DNA from: Antechinus flavipes | Taxonomy: Eukaryota | Assembly: GCF_016432865.1 (NCBI RefSeq) | Contig: NC_067402.1 | Location: forward strand, 20,460,001 to 20,524,000 | DNA length: 64,000 nt | Direction: 5' to 3' | Shown: in pieces, positions 35,281 through 49,030 of the stretch | Layout of the letters: each line of letters opens with the position of its first letter | Numbering within the stretch: position 1 is the stretch's first letter | Translations under genes and position numbers: made by a program | Notes under the pieces: model-generated | The model's database searches: none | What the model saw: only the letters and a program-made list of their open reading frames with translations | Told to the model about the DNA's origin: nothing

Positions 35281-37576
35281 TCTGCAGAACATTAAATCTC
35301 CCTTCCTTCCCCTCCCCTTCCCTCCCCTCCTTTCCCTTTTTTTTTTCTCTTTCCCCCTTTCTTCTTCCTTTCCCTTTCTTTTCTTCCTTTCCCTTTCCTT
35401 CGTCCTTTCACTTACTTGGCAGGATTTCTATTAAAATCCTCAGCAGAGACTTTGTTTACAGCTTTGTTTACTCCTCATTTGATGTTTACCGTAACTGGGC
35501 AGTGGGGTTAATATTTTCTCCCCATTTTAGAGCAAATTAAGGCTCAGGAGGTGAAGTGACTCAAAATCATCCTTGTCTGACTCTGAGTTTATTGGTCGCA
35601 CTGAGGCGTAGAGAAGCGAAGGCTGCCCCCAGCCACGGGCACGGACTGGCAGGCAGTTCTCTGAGCTGCGTTTCCCCTTCGTACCTCCTGCCCTCAAACT
35701 TGCGGTCCAGATTTATGACGGAAAAGGACTTTGGGGTACAGCTACTTTTTGTTGTTTCCTCATTTTCCAGTCACATCCAAGTCTTTGTGACCCTTTTGGG
35801 GTTTTCTTGGAAAAGCTGCTGGAGTGCTTTTGCCATTTCCTTCTCCAGCTCGCTTTACGGATGAGGAAACCGAGGTCAAGAGGGGGAATTGACTCACAGG
35901 TTCACACAACTAGTGTCCGTCTGAGGCTGGATTTGAATCCAGACCTCATGCTCTCCCCCAGCTGTCCCCTATCTGGTCTGTTCCTTTCATTTTGCAGTTG
36001 AGAAGGCCGAATATTTTGTCAGACCATTAGTGGTCACTGACCTGAACTTGGGATCCTGTTCTCTGCCTCTTTGGCCAGTGCTCTTTAACTTAATATCCCA
36101 CGGCCTTTCCCAATTCCAGCCACAAATTGATCTTCTTTTCTGTTTCTGAACTCAGAGTCTGCTGGCGTTGAGGCAGGGGAGGCGGCTGTTCATGTTATTC
36201 ACGTTGATTCGTCCCCCTCAAAAACGTCCCAACCAAGTTTAACCCCCGGTTCTCTAAGCTCGTGTCCCCCAGAAAAGGGCCTAGAAGTGGGGGGCAGGCT
36301 TAGGGCTCCCAAGGAGGCGACTCGTCCTCCAGTGTCCTGTTTCCAGAGGGACGCCAGGGGTTGGTGGTATGAAAATTTCCATGAACATCTGATTTGGATG
36401 GAGCAATAAAAGTTTGCGTAACGATGATTCCGTTGATTGTTGAGAGACTGGTGACCCACCAAAAGCATGTCAAAACAAGTGTGTTCCCATCTTGTTTTCT
36501 TTTTTCTTTCTGTCCCCACCTTAGACAAAGGAGGTTGGAACTAGGTTAGCCGTCCTGGGACTGAGAGAGCCCGGACTCGGAGGCACATTCCCCGGGCCTC
36601 CCCAGCTGTCGAGGGTGAGGTCGCATTCCTTGCCAGGCCTTCAGATTCTGTCTTTGTGCCAGTTGGCATTCCATCTATCCAAATGGAGCTGAACGGAAGC
36701 CATCTGGCCCCCGGCCAGGTACCTGTCTCTCTTGGGCAATGAGCCTTTAGGGCTGGCTGCCCGGCTGGCTGCTGGGAGCTGGGGCCCGCTGATCCTCAAG
36801 GTGGTGCTGGACCACTCCCTCCGGAGCTGCTTGTGTGCCCAAGTGGAAACCCGAAGGTTTCTCAGGCCTCGGTTTGCTGAGTCAGGGGAAAGGGGGGGGG
36901 TCCAAATCTAGGACCTGCCCGGGCTCTGGCCGGAGTGAGATGCCACAATCTGCAGTCCCCGCCCACCTTGGAGAAAAGCGGTTTTACTTTGGCTTTCAGA
37001 TTCACTTATGGTCGTGTCGGCTCATTGTGTTGCTCTGTGTGTGTGAGTGTGTAAGATGTTCCCTTTTTAGATCCCGCTGCTTGTCCGGGAAGGGCAGAAT
37101 TGTAGAGGAGGTAGACTGGGAGGGACAGACAAGGCCTGCTGGTTCGTGACTGGAGACCCTCGGCGGTGTCCTTTCCACAGTGGGAGGATTCAGCCAGCCA
37201 GGGGCTTCGTCGGGTCTCTCCCGGTCTTTGTTCCAGCTTGTGCCGTGGTTTGGGAGAGAAGGCTCTCGTTGTTGGCCTGGCCTTGGCCAGGATGTCAATC
37301 ATGGTCACCGGCTGGAGGCCCGGCCCAGGGCAGCGCGTGGCCTGGCCTGGATCCCCCCACTCCCATCTGCCCCTTTATACACTGTGTAGATGTCTCTGGT
37401 CACATGCTGCATTCGGGCCTCCGTCCCCAGAAGCCTCCCTTCTTCCAGGTCATCTCTTAGGGAGGCTGACTCTCTCCTGGAGCACAAGCTCCCCGAGGGC
37501 AGGGATGGTGACCACTCTGCCTGAGAGCCCAGATTTGGAGGAAGCCCAGTCACAACGGGAACAATTAATCTTCTAG

Positions 37577-38027
37577 TCATCCACAAAAATGGCTGGAAAA
37601 ACCGGAAAATAATGCGACAGAAACTCGGCTTAGACTACATCTCACAGCCCAGAGCAAAATAAGGTCAAAGTGGGTACAGGGTTTGGGCCCAAAGGATGAT
37701 ACCCTAAGCGAAATAGGAGAGCAAGGGATAATTTACTATCAGATCTTTGGAGAAGGGAGGGATTTATGACCAAAGAAGAACTAGAGATCATGAGGAAAGG
37801 CAAAATGGACAACTTGGATTAGCTTAAATTAAAAAGGGTTTGTGCGAAGAAAACCAACAGAAACAAGATTAAGAGGGAAGTGGAAGCCAGTGTTTCTGAT
37901 AAAGGCCTCATTTCTAAAATAAAGAACTGTGACAAAAGTATAAGAACACAAGTCATTCCCCAATTGATAAATGGTCAGAGGGTATAGCAGACAATGTTTA
38001 GACCTGAAATTGGAGCCGTCTATAGTT
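37577..38027 (+). mobile_element. LINE-1 ORF2 fragment (degenerate)
   Basis: aactcggcttagactacatctcacagcccagagcaaaataaggtcaaagtgggtac corresponds to the L1 ORF2 LDPYLTPYTKINSKW region; also ataaaggcctcatttctaaaata and cccaattgataaatggtca motifs. Confidence 0.85.
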
Positions 38028-41000
38028 CTAGGGATCTTCTGGCACCGAGTGTAGGACGATCGCCACTTCGCGGCTTGGTGCTCCTTGGGCATCCCCGCCG
38101 CCATACAGCGCTCTGATGGCACCTTGTCTGTGCCCTCCCCCCCGGCGGTTTTGTAGGTGTGGGGGACTGCCCTTTACCCCTGCAGATGAATGAGTACTAG
38201 AGCCCTTCCCCCCTTGCATTTTCTAGATTAGTAAAATGCTTACCCAGCGTCACCCATAAAGATAGGGGGTATCATTTGAACTCATCTCTTGCGCCAGGCA
38301 CCTGCACTTTACGGTCTTAGGCAATTTTCTGGGGCCCAAGAGGTTGGAGGGCTTGGCAAGGATCCCACGATGAGGATGTGTCTTGAGGGGAGAGACCCAG
38401 GGAAGCCCAGATAGTAGGGACATCAGCCTTGGGTCTCTCCAAGGCCACCACGTTCCCGGCACTCCAGATTATCCAGGACAGGGGGACAAAAAAGGCTGTT
38501 TGAAGAAGGGGGAAAGATCCAGCACCGACCCCGGTGATGTGCTTGATAATGAATCCTCAAGCACGTGCATGGCCCTCCCCTGTCCTCCATACTGAGCTCA
38601 TAAAAACAATCTCTCTCCCTAAGAAGCTGACGCTGTCCCGGAAAAGAGGGAGGGGATGTAACAATATGTATCCGAGGAAATAAGGAAAATGTATCTGCTG
38701 AGGCGGGCGGTAGTGATACATCCCTTCGTGTGATACTTGGCAAGTCCCTCGAACTCTTTGTTTGGTAGTGTAGCCACCTCGCCCAGGACTGCACAGCGAG
38801 ATGGATACTCTCCATGAGGAGCGGGGCAAATGTCCTAAGCCTTATCTCTGCTCCTTCCGCCACTTCCTCCCCCGGTGAGAAGGGGATTCTGGCAGGTGGC
38901 TCCCTCTGGATTTGGAGGTGGGGTCTGAGGACCAAGGAGGCGAGATTTCATCAGTTCCCCATCTGCCCGGGACGGGGGACTCGGGCCTAGCTTTCCAACA
39001 CTAAAATCATGGAGGGCGAGAATCCCTGGGATTGTCAGTCTTTGTGCGCAGGTGACTTGACTTATTCACCTTGCTGTTGTGTGAAGCCGGTCTGGGCCGG
39101 GCCGGGCTGGTCCGCCACACGCCTCTGGCCATCACCTGTTTCTCTAGATCCCTCGTGTTTCTCTGTCTGGGTCCAGGAGAGGCAAGATAGGGTAGAAGTT
39201 CCTGTCTCGATGGCCGCCTCCATGATCAGACTTTGGCCTCTCTCAAGTCTAACATATGGATGAGTCTGGCTCAAGTCCTGTGTGTTTTAATCAAAATAAT
39301 TCCCAGTTAGCAGCAATGGGCTCTAATTTGTCTTTGCAGTTTCGTTTCTTTGGTGGGGGCCCAAGTGTTCCCTAGGGATGGTCCCAAGTAGCCAGAATTG
39401 GCAGGTGATTCTCGGGGCGGCCGATGGCCCTTGATTCAGAGCCAGTGGGGCCATTGGTAGAGGAGAAGGGTCCTCTCTCAGAAGGAGGGGAGAGAACCAG
39501 GGATGCTGAGTGGAGGCCTCTCCTTCAGGGCTGGAGGGGGGAGAGGGGGCAGCATAAGACTTAATAACTTCTGACTTTGATGGATGAGAATCATGATCGC
39601 CAATTCAGCCCTGGGATCCATTTTGAGACCCGAGTCTCTTAAAACCTGACTTGAAAGCTCCCGAAGATTCTTGTGATCTGCCGATAGCCTCCATTTTATT
39701 GAACCATTCTGGATTTGCTGAGCCTGTCTAACCTGCTTTGGAGTATTTCTTTCCTTTCCTTTTTCTTTCTTTTCTTTTTTCTTTTCGTGAGTAACTGGGG
39801 TTAAGTGACTTGCCTAGGATCACACAACTAGAACCTATTAAGAGAAAGGGAGTGTTTCTTTTCTCCCTAAACCTTGGGGCACAAGCAGAATTATCACACT
39901 CAGCTGAAGGAAGAGTAAAAGGGAAGCTGCTGATCCCAGGCTAGTCAATGGCTGAAGTCGGAGGGCCTGAACCCTGAGCCCTGAGCCTGGGTCCTACTGA
40001 CTAGCCTCTAGATCTCCTCCCCTCCCCCATTATCACTTTGGCCTTATTACTAAATCCTGGAAAGAAGGGGGCAGGCGGACGAGGTTGGCGCCTCCTGCCA
40101 CTGGGCGGTCATCTCTCAGCCCTCATTTCCAGACTCTGTAACGTGGGGACCGGCTCCTCTGGAAAACTGTAACCTCCTCTCCTGGACTCTGGAGAGATTA
40201 GAGCTGCCCCAAAGCCTTCTTTTTTCCCGTTCCTCCTTCCTTCCATTCTTTTTCAAGTTTTCCTGCTTGCTTCTTGTTGCTTTTTCTTGCTAGAAATTGG
40301 GGTGAAGACATTTTACAATCAGTGGTGTTGTCTACATTTTAAAAAGCAACATCCTCGGTTTCCCCTTCACTGCTAAATGCACGTCTCCCACAAGCCACCT
40401 CTTCCATCCAGCCACCCTTTGGAACAAAGAAGAAGAAAGAGGAGAAAAGATTATAGCAGAAACAAATCTCCTGACATGGGCAGTGACTACATCCATAGCT
40501 CCTCACTCTTACTGAGAAGGGAGGGATGATATCAAAATGACCTCATTTATTTGCCCATACCTGGAGAAGACAATGACCCCCAGGTGTCTTTGCGGTTTAC
40601 TTCGGTGAGGTCATATTTGAAAATTTCTCATTCAGGCATTTTCTTAATGGGATTTCCCAAAACGGGGCATTTTTTGAAGCCTTAATTCCTCATTAGAATT
40701 CCCCAGACTCCAGCGCTTTGGGAAGGGCCAGAGAGAATGGGGCGCTGGGGGCTGGTATCCCTCCCAGCAGTCAGGGGGCTGAGGAGCAGGACAAAGGCCG
40801 CCTTGACCTGGCGGTGCCACGGGGGCCGTTAAAGGTCAGCCTGAACTAACCAGCATAAAAGTGCCATCTTTCCCGGCTCTTTCCCGGGAGGTTGAATGCT
40901 GGATGGGCAAGGAAACGGTCCCATTCATTAGTTTGCCTCTAAAGTCTGCTGAAGACCGTGAAGCCGTGGGTGGGCTTCCTTGTTCTCATCTGAAACCTCC

Positions 41001-41663
41001 TCCTCCCTTGCCTTTCTGTAGTTACAAGAAGGTTCTTTAGGGGGGATTTCTTGAGGGCGAGACCAGAGAGATAAAGGTTCACTCTCAGTTTCACAAGCTG
41101 GACTGGAGAATTCTGGGATCCAGTTACCTAAAGGCCTCTTTATCAGGCTGAGCCAGGCGGGCGGGAGGGAGAGAGAGAGAGCCGAGCTCGCTGGGCAGGT
41201 AAGAGGCAGATTTTCAAGGCCTTTGTCCTTTTGAAAACCAGGACCCATTTTGAAATCACCTTATTATCCAAGAGATGGGTGATATGGGGTGTCACGAGCA
41301 GAGAATGCTGAGCCAGGAGAGATGAAGACGGCCCAGATGGGCGGCCCGAGGGAGGAAAAGATGTGGCAATGGAGCAGCAGAGAGACGGTGAAGGGGAGGG
41401 CACTGGGAAGGGTGGACAGGCTCCCAGTTCGATTGGAGAAGAGACCAGTGGAAACCATAGATACTTCATTTCAAGAGGGTTTGGTCATTAGCCTTGAGCC
41501 CTTATTGCCTTTGTTTCCCCCTTAGATGAAAGTTTAGTTTAAAAAAAAAAAAAAAAGTAGTCATTGCTACTGGCAGCCTCTGAAAGAAGAAATCAGTTGG
41601 CTTACTTAACTACACAAGTTTGAAAAGTGGCAGAGCCTCCAAGAAGAGGAAGATTTCCTTGTC

Positions 41664-41932
41664 TTTTTTTTAATTCCTTTTTTTTCTGATTATACATGTA
41701 TTTTAACTTTTTAAATACACATTTCTTCATGAATCATGTTGAGAAAAATTAGAACAAAAAAGGGAAACAAACGACAGAAAAAAAAGTAAACATATAGCAT
41801 GTGTTGATTTACACTCAGTGTCCATAGCTCTCTCGGGATGCAGATGGTGTTTTCTGTCCAGAGTTTATTAGGATTACCTTGGATCACTGAACCCCTGAGA
41901 AGAACCAAGATTCCTAATGCTCTCCTACACAT

Positions 41933-41970
<38 letters not shown>

Positions 41971-42700
41971 ACACACACACTTTCTCACATAGATTCTGTG
42001 TCTTTGTATCTGTGTGTGCACCCAAGAAAGATGCTCCACATCTTTTTTTTCTTCCCTAGTTGATCATCAAATAATCTTGTTACTGTGTACAGCAATCTCC
42101 TGGTCCTGCTCATTTCCCTCAGCATCGGTTCCTGTCAGTCTCTCCCGGGCTCTCTGAAATCATCCCGCTGGTTGCGTCTTATAGAACAATAATATTCCAT
42201 AACATTCATCTACCATCACTTACTCAGCCATTCCCAGCCGATGGGCGTCCCCTCCTTTTCCAGTTCTTTGCTACCACACGAAGGGCTGCCACAAACACTT
42301 TTACCCATGTGGGTCCCTTTCTCTCTTCTATGATCTTTTTGGGATACGGGCCCAGTAATGACCCTGCTGACTCATAGATTATGCAGAGCTCTCTAGCCCT
42401 TTGGGCAAAGTTCTAAACTGCTCTCCAGAATGGTTGGATCGGTTCACAATTCCACCAACAATGCATTAGCACCCAGTTTCCCCACATCCCCTCCAATGTT
42501 TATCATTATCTTTTCCTGTCATCTTTGCTGATCTGAGAGGTGTGAGGTGGTCCCTAAGAGTAGTCTTAATTTGCATATCTATAATCAAGGGTGATTTACA
42601 GCAATTTTTCCTATTACTTTAGATAGCTTTAATTTCATCATCTGAAAAGCGTCTGTTCGTATCTTTTGGCCATTTATCAACTGGGGAATGATTTGTATAA
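41664..42700 (-). mobile_element. LINE-1 3' portion (ORF2 C-terminus + 3' UTR) with an internal (CA)n microsatellite
   Basis: aataatattccataacattcat, ctccagaatggttggatcggttcacaattccaccaacaatgcattag, gaggtgtgaggtggtccctaagagtagtcttaatttgcat are reverse-strand L1 ORF2 hallmarks; (CA)n at ~41933-41980. Confidence 0.92.
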
Positions 42701-42879
42701 AGAGGAAGATTTTTAACAGAAACATGGGCAAGGCTGTTGCCAAGTACAGATGGCGACCTCTTCCACTAGCTGTTTAAGAGACTGGAGAGTTCGAGGGAGG
42801 CTGGGGGTAATGAGCAAACTGTGATTCTGGATTGCACGGAGCATCTTGGATGCACACACAGATACAGAGACACAGAATT

Positions 42880-42894
42880 TGTGTGTGTGTGTGC

Positions 42895-42962
<68 letters not shown>
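42880..42962. repeat. Compound (GT)n(GA)n(GT)n microsatellite
   Basis: Direct reading. Confidence 0.95.
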
Positions 42963-42964
<2 letters not shown>

Positions 42965-45449
42965 TTAAACGGTGTCCAGGGGCAGGTGAACTTAGACATC
43001 TTATCAGTAAACGTTGTCGCCTTTCCCCTGTCTTGTTTCTAGTGTGTCTGGCCTGTTTTGCATAATTCCTTCTCTCTCATTTCTCTCTCCAGTTGGCTCA
43101 TTTTTTATTTTGATTTTCCAAAAAGCCCGCTCGTGTCGCCCCCTTTTCCAGTAAGAGGCAGGAATGTTGTACCAGAAATGGGCAGTTTTTATAGAAGAGT
43201 CGATAAAACTTACAGCCGCCATTTTTGATGGTCAGCATTCAGATACCGGGAAGGAGAGGTAGTCATGGACGCCCTCGTGTTTTATTGCTACCTTTTGTCT
43301 TTTGTTGATGGCCATGTTTCCTCCCCACCTCTCTGCACTTTGAATCCTTCCTCCCTTGGGACGAAAAGAAGCTCACACTGAGAACTCTTGGATGATGATG
43401 TACAGGGTTCTGGCCTGTTAGCCATCCGTCCTTCTGCTGTTTCATTCTTTTCTCCAGGACTTCTCTCCCAATCAGCTCATTTTACAGATGAGAAAACTGA
43501 GCCTCAGAGATGAGGAAGAGGTTTGCTTTCCTGGGGAGACCATTGAGTCAAATTCAGTTGAAGCTGTTTGAGGGCAGGGAATATTTTGTACAGTGTACAC
43601 GTACTTAACACATGGTTGTTGTCTTTTAAAATGTGTTAAATAGAATAAGTATCTACTTTGGAAAAAATGTAAATGAGAACCTTCTTTTTTCTCTCAATAA
43701 AATTATATTATCTTGGGGAGAAGCAGTGGGGGATCCTGACAGCTTTCCCATTGTGGGGTAGGATCCTCTCTGTGACAATTTCTATTCCTGATGTGGCCAA
43801 AGGGCTCACTAGGAAGTGATCTTGGAGCTCATTCTCAGTTAGAAGTGGGGGGGGGGGGGGGGAAAGAACCTGTGGAAATCTGAGTTGGGTGTTCCCTTTG
43901 ACTAAAAGCAGATTGACCTCAGTGAAGCCGATGGGCCCACTGGGTTCTACTAGGAGGGTCTTTTCATCCGTTTCTTGAGGTGGGCACAGCGGGGCAAAGC
44001 AGACTAGGCCCATCTAGCCTGTTTCTGTATGGGATTAATCATTTCCTTTTGACCTGCCACTCTCTTCACATGTTGCATTGATCAGGATGCCCTGCCAATC
44101 CTTGAGAATTCTGGGAGATTTTTTTTTTATTAATCAGCGACTGCAGCTTGCCTGATTTGGGCCTGGTTTGGGTCTTGTTTTTATTTTTTAGTTACCCCTT
44201 TAAAAAACAAAATAAACAAACACTTGCCTTTTGTTTCCTGTTTTTAGGACTGTGGGAACAGATAATGGCCTGTCCTGTGCCCCAAGTGTTACTGGGGGAA
44301 ATGTAAGAAATTTGTATTTGCTGGTTCAGATCTCCTTGGGGGATGGTGGGTCCATAGCACATAGAGGATACCGAGGTCATCCTCCACTGCATCTCGAGTC
44401 ATCGATCAGTCGCCTTGACTCTGTCCTGTCACTGGGCAATGGTGGCTTTAGAAGAGAATCAGGCTGCTGACTTTCAGCTCTGCTTCACTTAAATCCAATT
44501 TACGCACGAATCAGAATCCCCGCCATTTTGCCATTTCTGGGTATCTCAAGGCCCTGTTGTGGATACACTGGGAGCTGTAGTCACAGCCCTGCATGAAGGT
44601 GACTCAGGCCCCAAGGTCATCATCTCGTGGAGGAGGGGGTGGAGTCAAGGAGAGAGGGAAGTGAAAGGAGACTGGGGGGCTTTGTTTTTAATTGGGGCTA
44701 CTTGTTGTGGGGAGAACAGTGACTTTAAAAGCAGAAGAGCTGGATTCAGATTTTGCTATCGATGCTTACTATTTGTGTAAGTGGATGGATGGTGTTGGGC
44801 TGCACGACCAACCTAGTTCCCTTATGATCCTGGCGGGGGCTTTCCCAGCCTTTCAGCTAATGGAGAGCTGAGTTACTAGGAGGTGCTTGGACTGGTCACA
44901 GCTGGAACAGGATGGCTCTCTCCGAGGTCTCCTCCCTAAAACAGCCCCGGCCAAGCCAAATGCAGAAGTTGTGGGAATTGTTCTTGCTCTGTCTCATCTG
45001 GGCCTCTGCTCTTGCCTTAGCAAAGAGAATTGAAAAAAAAAAAAAAAAAAGAAATGGAGGATGGTGTATGTAGCCAGCTCCTCCCTCCTGGAAATGACAG
45101 CTGAAGGAACCAATAAAGACCTGGAAATGATTTTTTCTCAAAACAGGAATGGATTAACTGGACCATCCAAAAGTGAATGGAACATTTGAGTTCCATCAAA
45201 TGGCAGGAACATTGAAATCTCCTTTTCTTCTATTTGCACTGGGAGCCATCCCTTGTTCTTCCTCATCGGTCCCATCGCCTCCCCCCTTTTGTTTTTAATG
45301 TCCTAAAACTCTTCAAAGATGTGGCTGGGTACAGTGTGTATGTGTGTACTTTATAACGATCTCCCGCAGTTTGGCACCAGACTTGACCACAGACTCCTGG
45401 CGGAGGGATGGGAGATGTATGGTGCAGCCCTCGACTTTCTAGACCAAAA

Positions 45450-45680
45450 TAATGGCTGTCATTTATATAGTGCTTTAAAATTTGTAGAACATTTTTCATT
45501 TGATCTCCTTTGATCCTAATAATAACCCTGAAATGTAGGTGCTATTATTATTCCCATTTTATAGGTGAGGAAACTGAGGGAGAGAGTGGTAGAATGACTT
45601 GCCCAGGATCACATGGCTAGTAAGTATCTGAAGCAGGATTCGAAGGCTTCCAAGTCCAGTGCCATCCACTAGGCTGCTAA
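45450..45680 (-). mobile_element. MIR SINE
   Basis: tttgatcctaataataaccctgaaatgtaggtgctattattattcccattttataggtgaggaaactgaggg...atgacttgcccaggatcacatggctagtaag. Confidence 0.85.
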
Positions 45681-48600
45681 CCTGCTTCTGGGCATGGGCA
45701 TAATCTCCTTGCTGTTTCTTCTCTCCCTCCCTTTCCTTGCAGTGATGACTTAAACTTGTCACCTCTGGGGAGAATTTATTTCTGGTAACTGAAATCCGTT
45801 ACTCCAAGAGTTTATAAATTGGACCAGCTATTCACTTTCATCCAGCAAGTGTTTGGTAAATGCCTGGTAAGGCAATGTGGTGGAGTGGTTAGAGACCCAG
45901 GAGAATAGCTTGATTCAGTAATAACCCTTTGGTCACTTATAATAGAGGTTGGATTGGAGGGAAGGGGCTGAAGAAAGAGAAACTGAGGCTGTTGTTGATT
46001 GAGTGGAGACAAAATGCATGTAAGAAATGGAGGCAGGAAGGACAGGATTTGGCAACAACTTGGAGCTTGGCTAATTATGTTTCTAATACTTTGCAAAGGA
46101 TAGTGGGAAGAAATTCTTGTTTTAATTAAAAAAAAAAAAAAAGATACGATTACAAGGGAAAGTTTCCCATTCGGATTCCAAAATGAAAGGTGGAAATGTT
46201 GTTAGAACAACAGCAGTGAGCATGTATTAAGTGCCTGCTGCATACCAGGAATAGCACTAAGTCCTGGGGATTGAAGAAAATGGAAGGAGGAAGAGCTCCG
46301 TGTAGGATTGGCTGCTGAACTGTCTGTCTTCAGGCCACTGCAGGTGGAACATAAAGAGAAAATGTCCCCACCGGGAACGCCTGGAGGCTGCAGCTGGGAC
46401 ATGGCTGGGGGGGATGGGAGGAAGAGCAGAAGGTGGAAGGCCCAGAGAAGATTGGATTCACTCTTGGGGGACTGCAGGGAGGCATGGAGTTGTCTAGAGT
46501 GAGAGAGCGATCCTGGCAATTTTCAGGCTGGAGCCCACCTTGCCCAAAGCCCAGCCAAGAAGGGTTTGTTCTGTCACGGGCCACGGGGAGTGACTGAGAT
46601 GAAATTGGGCCCAGCATCTTCTGTCGGAGACGGGAGTCATGGACACAGTTCATTTAAGTTGTCTGAAACTGAGCCCCAGACAACTTAAATGAATGTCTTA
46701 AAGTCCTGTGTTGTGTAAGCAGCAGATTTGAAATTCAGGCCCCCCTTCCCCCTAAAGCAGGCTTTTATAATATCTGCTCCCATCTTCTGTCCCTAAGGAC
46801 TGTCATCCGAACCAGATGGAGTTTATTCATGTGAAAGTAGATGTGTCGCCGAGGCTGGGAGTGTAGGTAACAGGCTCAGAATCAAGTCCTGCCTCCCTCA
46901 TTCATTAGCTCTGTAACCCCACCGCAAGTCACTTAAAGCCTCAGTTTCCCCCTTTGTAAAAAGGGGGTGCTGTTATTTCAGGCATGTCTAACTCTTCAGG
47001 CTCCCATGGCGGGTTTTCTTGGTAGAGATATTGCTTTACCATTTCCTCCTCCAGCTCATTTTCCAGATGAGGAAACTGAGGCAGGCAGGGTGAGTGTTTC
47101 ACCCATGGTCACCCAGCTAGCCAATGGTCAGAACTCACGTTCTCCCGATTCCCGCCCCAGTGCTCTTACTACTGAGCCATCCCGAAGAGGGATAATTCTG
47201 CTTTAATACTGCCCTGGACACAGGATCGCGAGAAGGCCCAAATGAAATCAGTGGTGCTCTTGCAAACCCGTCCAGATTCCAGCTGTGACTATGAAGGCCC
47301 CTCTCGAGGGGTAGGAGGGAGCCCCTCCCTGTGGAAGGAGCTCCCCTTCCTGCATAGGCGGGCACCTTCTGGGTACCGACTTATCACCAGAGGCAAGATG
47401 GGAACAGGACTTTCTGGCTTCATAATGAGCACATTAGTCATGACTGTGAGTAATGCTCAGGATGGTCCCCCAGATTTCCCGGCTCTTCAGCAGCATCAGG
47501 TAGAATTCATCTTAGCATCCAGGACTGGAAGGGATCTCCAAGGTCATCTTGTATACTCCTGACCTCATTTAACAGATGAGGAAACTGAGGCTCAGTTGAC
47601 ACTGGAAGTAACCAGCAGAACTGGGATTGAAATCCCTCCATACCACATTCCCTCTTGCTTTAGGTGCTTTGTGGAGAATTCCACACAAACCGTCCCCATC
47701 ACCAATCTTTGAGCTCTTCCTTCCTTCCATCCTCACTCCCCTTCCTTTTATTTCTCCATCTCTGTTTCTCAAAATGTCCCTCCCTCCTTCCCCTTCCAGA
47801 GGATCTATTCTTAAAACAAATAATTTAAAAGAGGGGGGAGAAAAGAACACTAGTTTCATGCAAGACTCACCCACGTATCTACCGAGTCCAACAGGTCTGT
47901 TCGGTGTTCCATCCCCAGAGCCTCCCATCTCCGGAAAGAATAGAGGGAGGTTCATTTACCCAGTTTGTCTTCAGGGCCAAGCTCGATCGTGAATTAAAGA
48001 GAGAGCTTTACTTACATTTTTTGATTTTGTTTCCATCCTATTTGCCTGTTGTGGTCGTTGTAGAGATTGATTTCCTGCTTCTTCTGCTTGCTTTAATTCC
48101 GTCAGTTCGGGTCCCTTTTTCCATGTTTTTTTGTATTCCTCACCATCCTTATTTATAGCAGTTATCTTCCATTACATTCCCATGCAGCGATTGGTTTAGC
48201 CATTTCCCAAACGATTAGTTTTGTTTTAGCATTTTATTGACAAAGAAAATAACTACTATAGACATTTTGGTATATGTGGAGCCTTCCTTTTTTGTTAATT
48301 TTTTCTTTTGGTTTGTGCCTGGAAGAGAGCTGTGGTTCAGAGGGAGATGCGTGGTTTACTTGCCTTGAAAAACAAACAAAAAAACAAAATTCAAAACAAA
48401 ACAAAACACATTTTCCACCTTGGCCGTCCAATTTGTAGCTCCATCAACAGTGCCTACATCATTAGAACCTGTCTTGTTCTCTTTTTTGTCATCTTTGCCA
48501 ATTGGCTAGTATCAAGTAAAATCTCAGAAATGTTTTTATGTGGTAAATGGTTTGTACTTCTTTTGAGAACTGTTTGCTCACATCTTTTAACCAGCGATCC

Positions 48601-48719
48601 ACTAGGGAATTGGCCAAATCATTTGAATCCTATGGGAATTACGGAAGATGAACTCTAGCTTCCTTTCTATCCTGTCTCAGCAGGGCGACAAGACACTCAG
48701 AAAAATAATGTTGGTTAAT

Positions 48720-49030
48720 ATTTACTGAGCATATGTAAGATTTACAAAGGACTTTACATCCATTTTTTTTACATTTTACAATTTATATCCATTTGCTCCT
48801 AATAATCATGAGGTTGGTGCTATTATCCCCATTTTATGGAAAACAGAACTGAGGCAGAGAAGTACTTGCCGTAGCCACACGGCTCGTGTCAGAAATGGGA
48901 TTTGAAACCAGATTTCTTGAGTCCAACTGCTGTACTCTCTGTTTTTTGCGGGGGAGGGGGGAAGGGGGAAGACAATGTACCTCACACAGATTGTCGTTAA
49001 GTGTCTAAGGCTGGATTTGAACTTGGACCC
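48720..49030 (-). mobile_element. Two tandem MIR/MAR1-type SINE fragments
   Basis: ttatccccattttatggaaaacagaactgaggcagagaag...gggatttgaaaccag and cacacagattgtcgttaagtgtctaaggctggatttgaactt. Confidence 0.7.
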
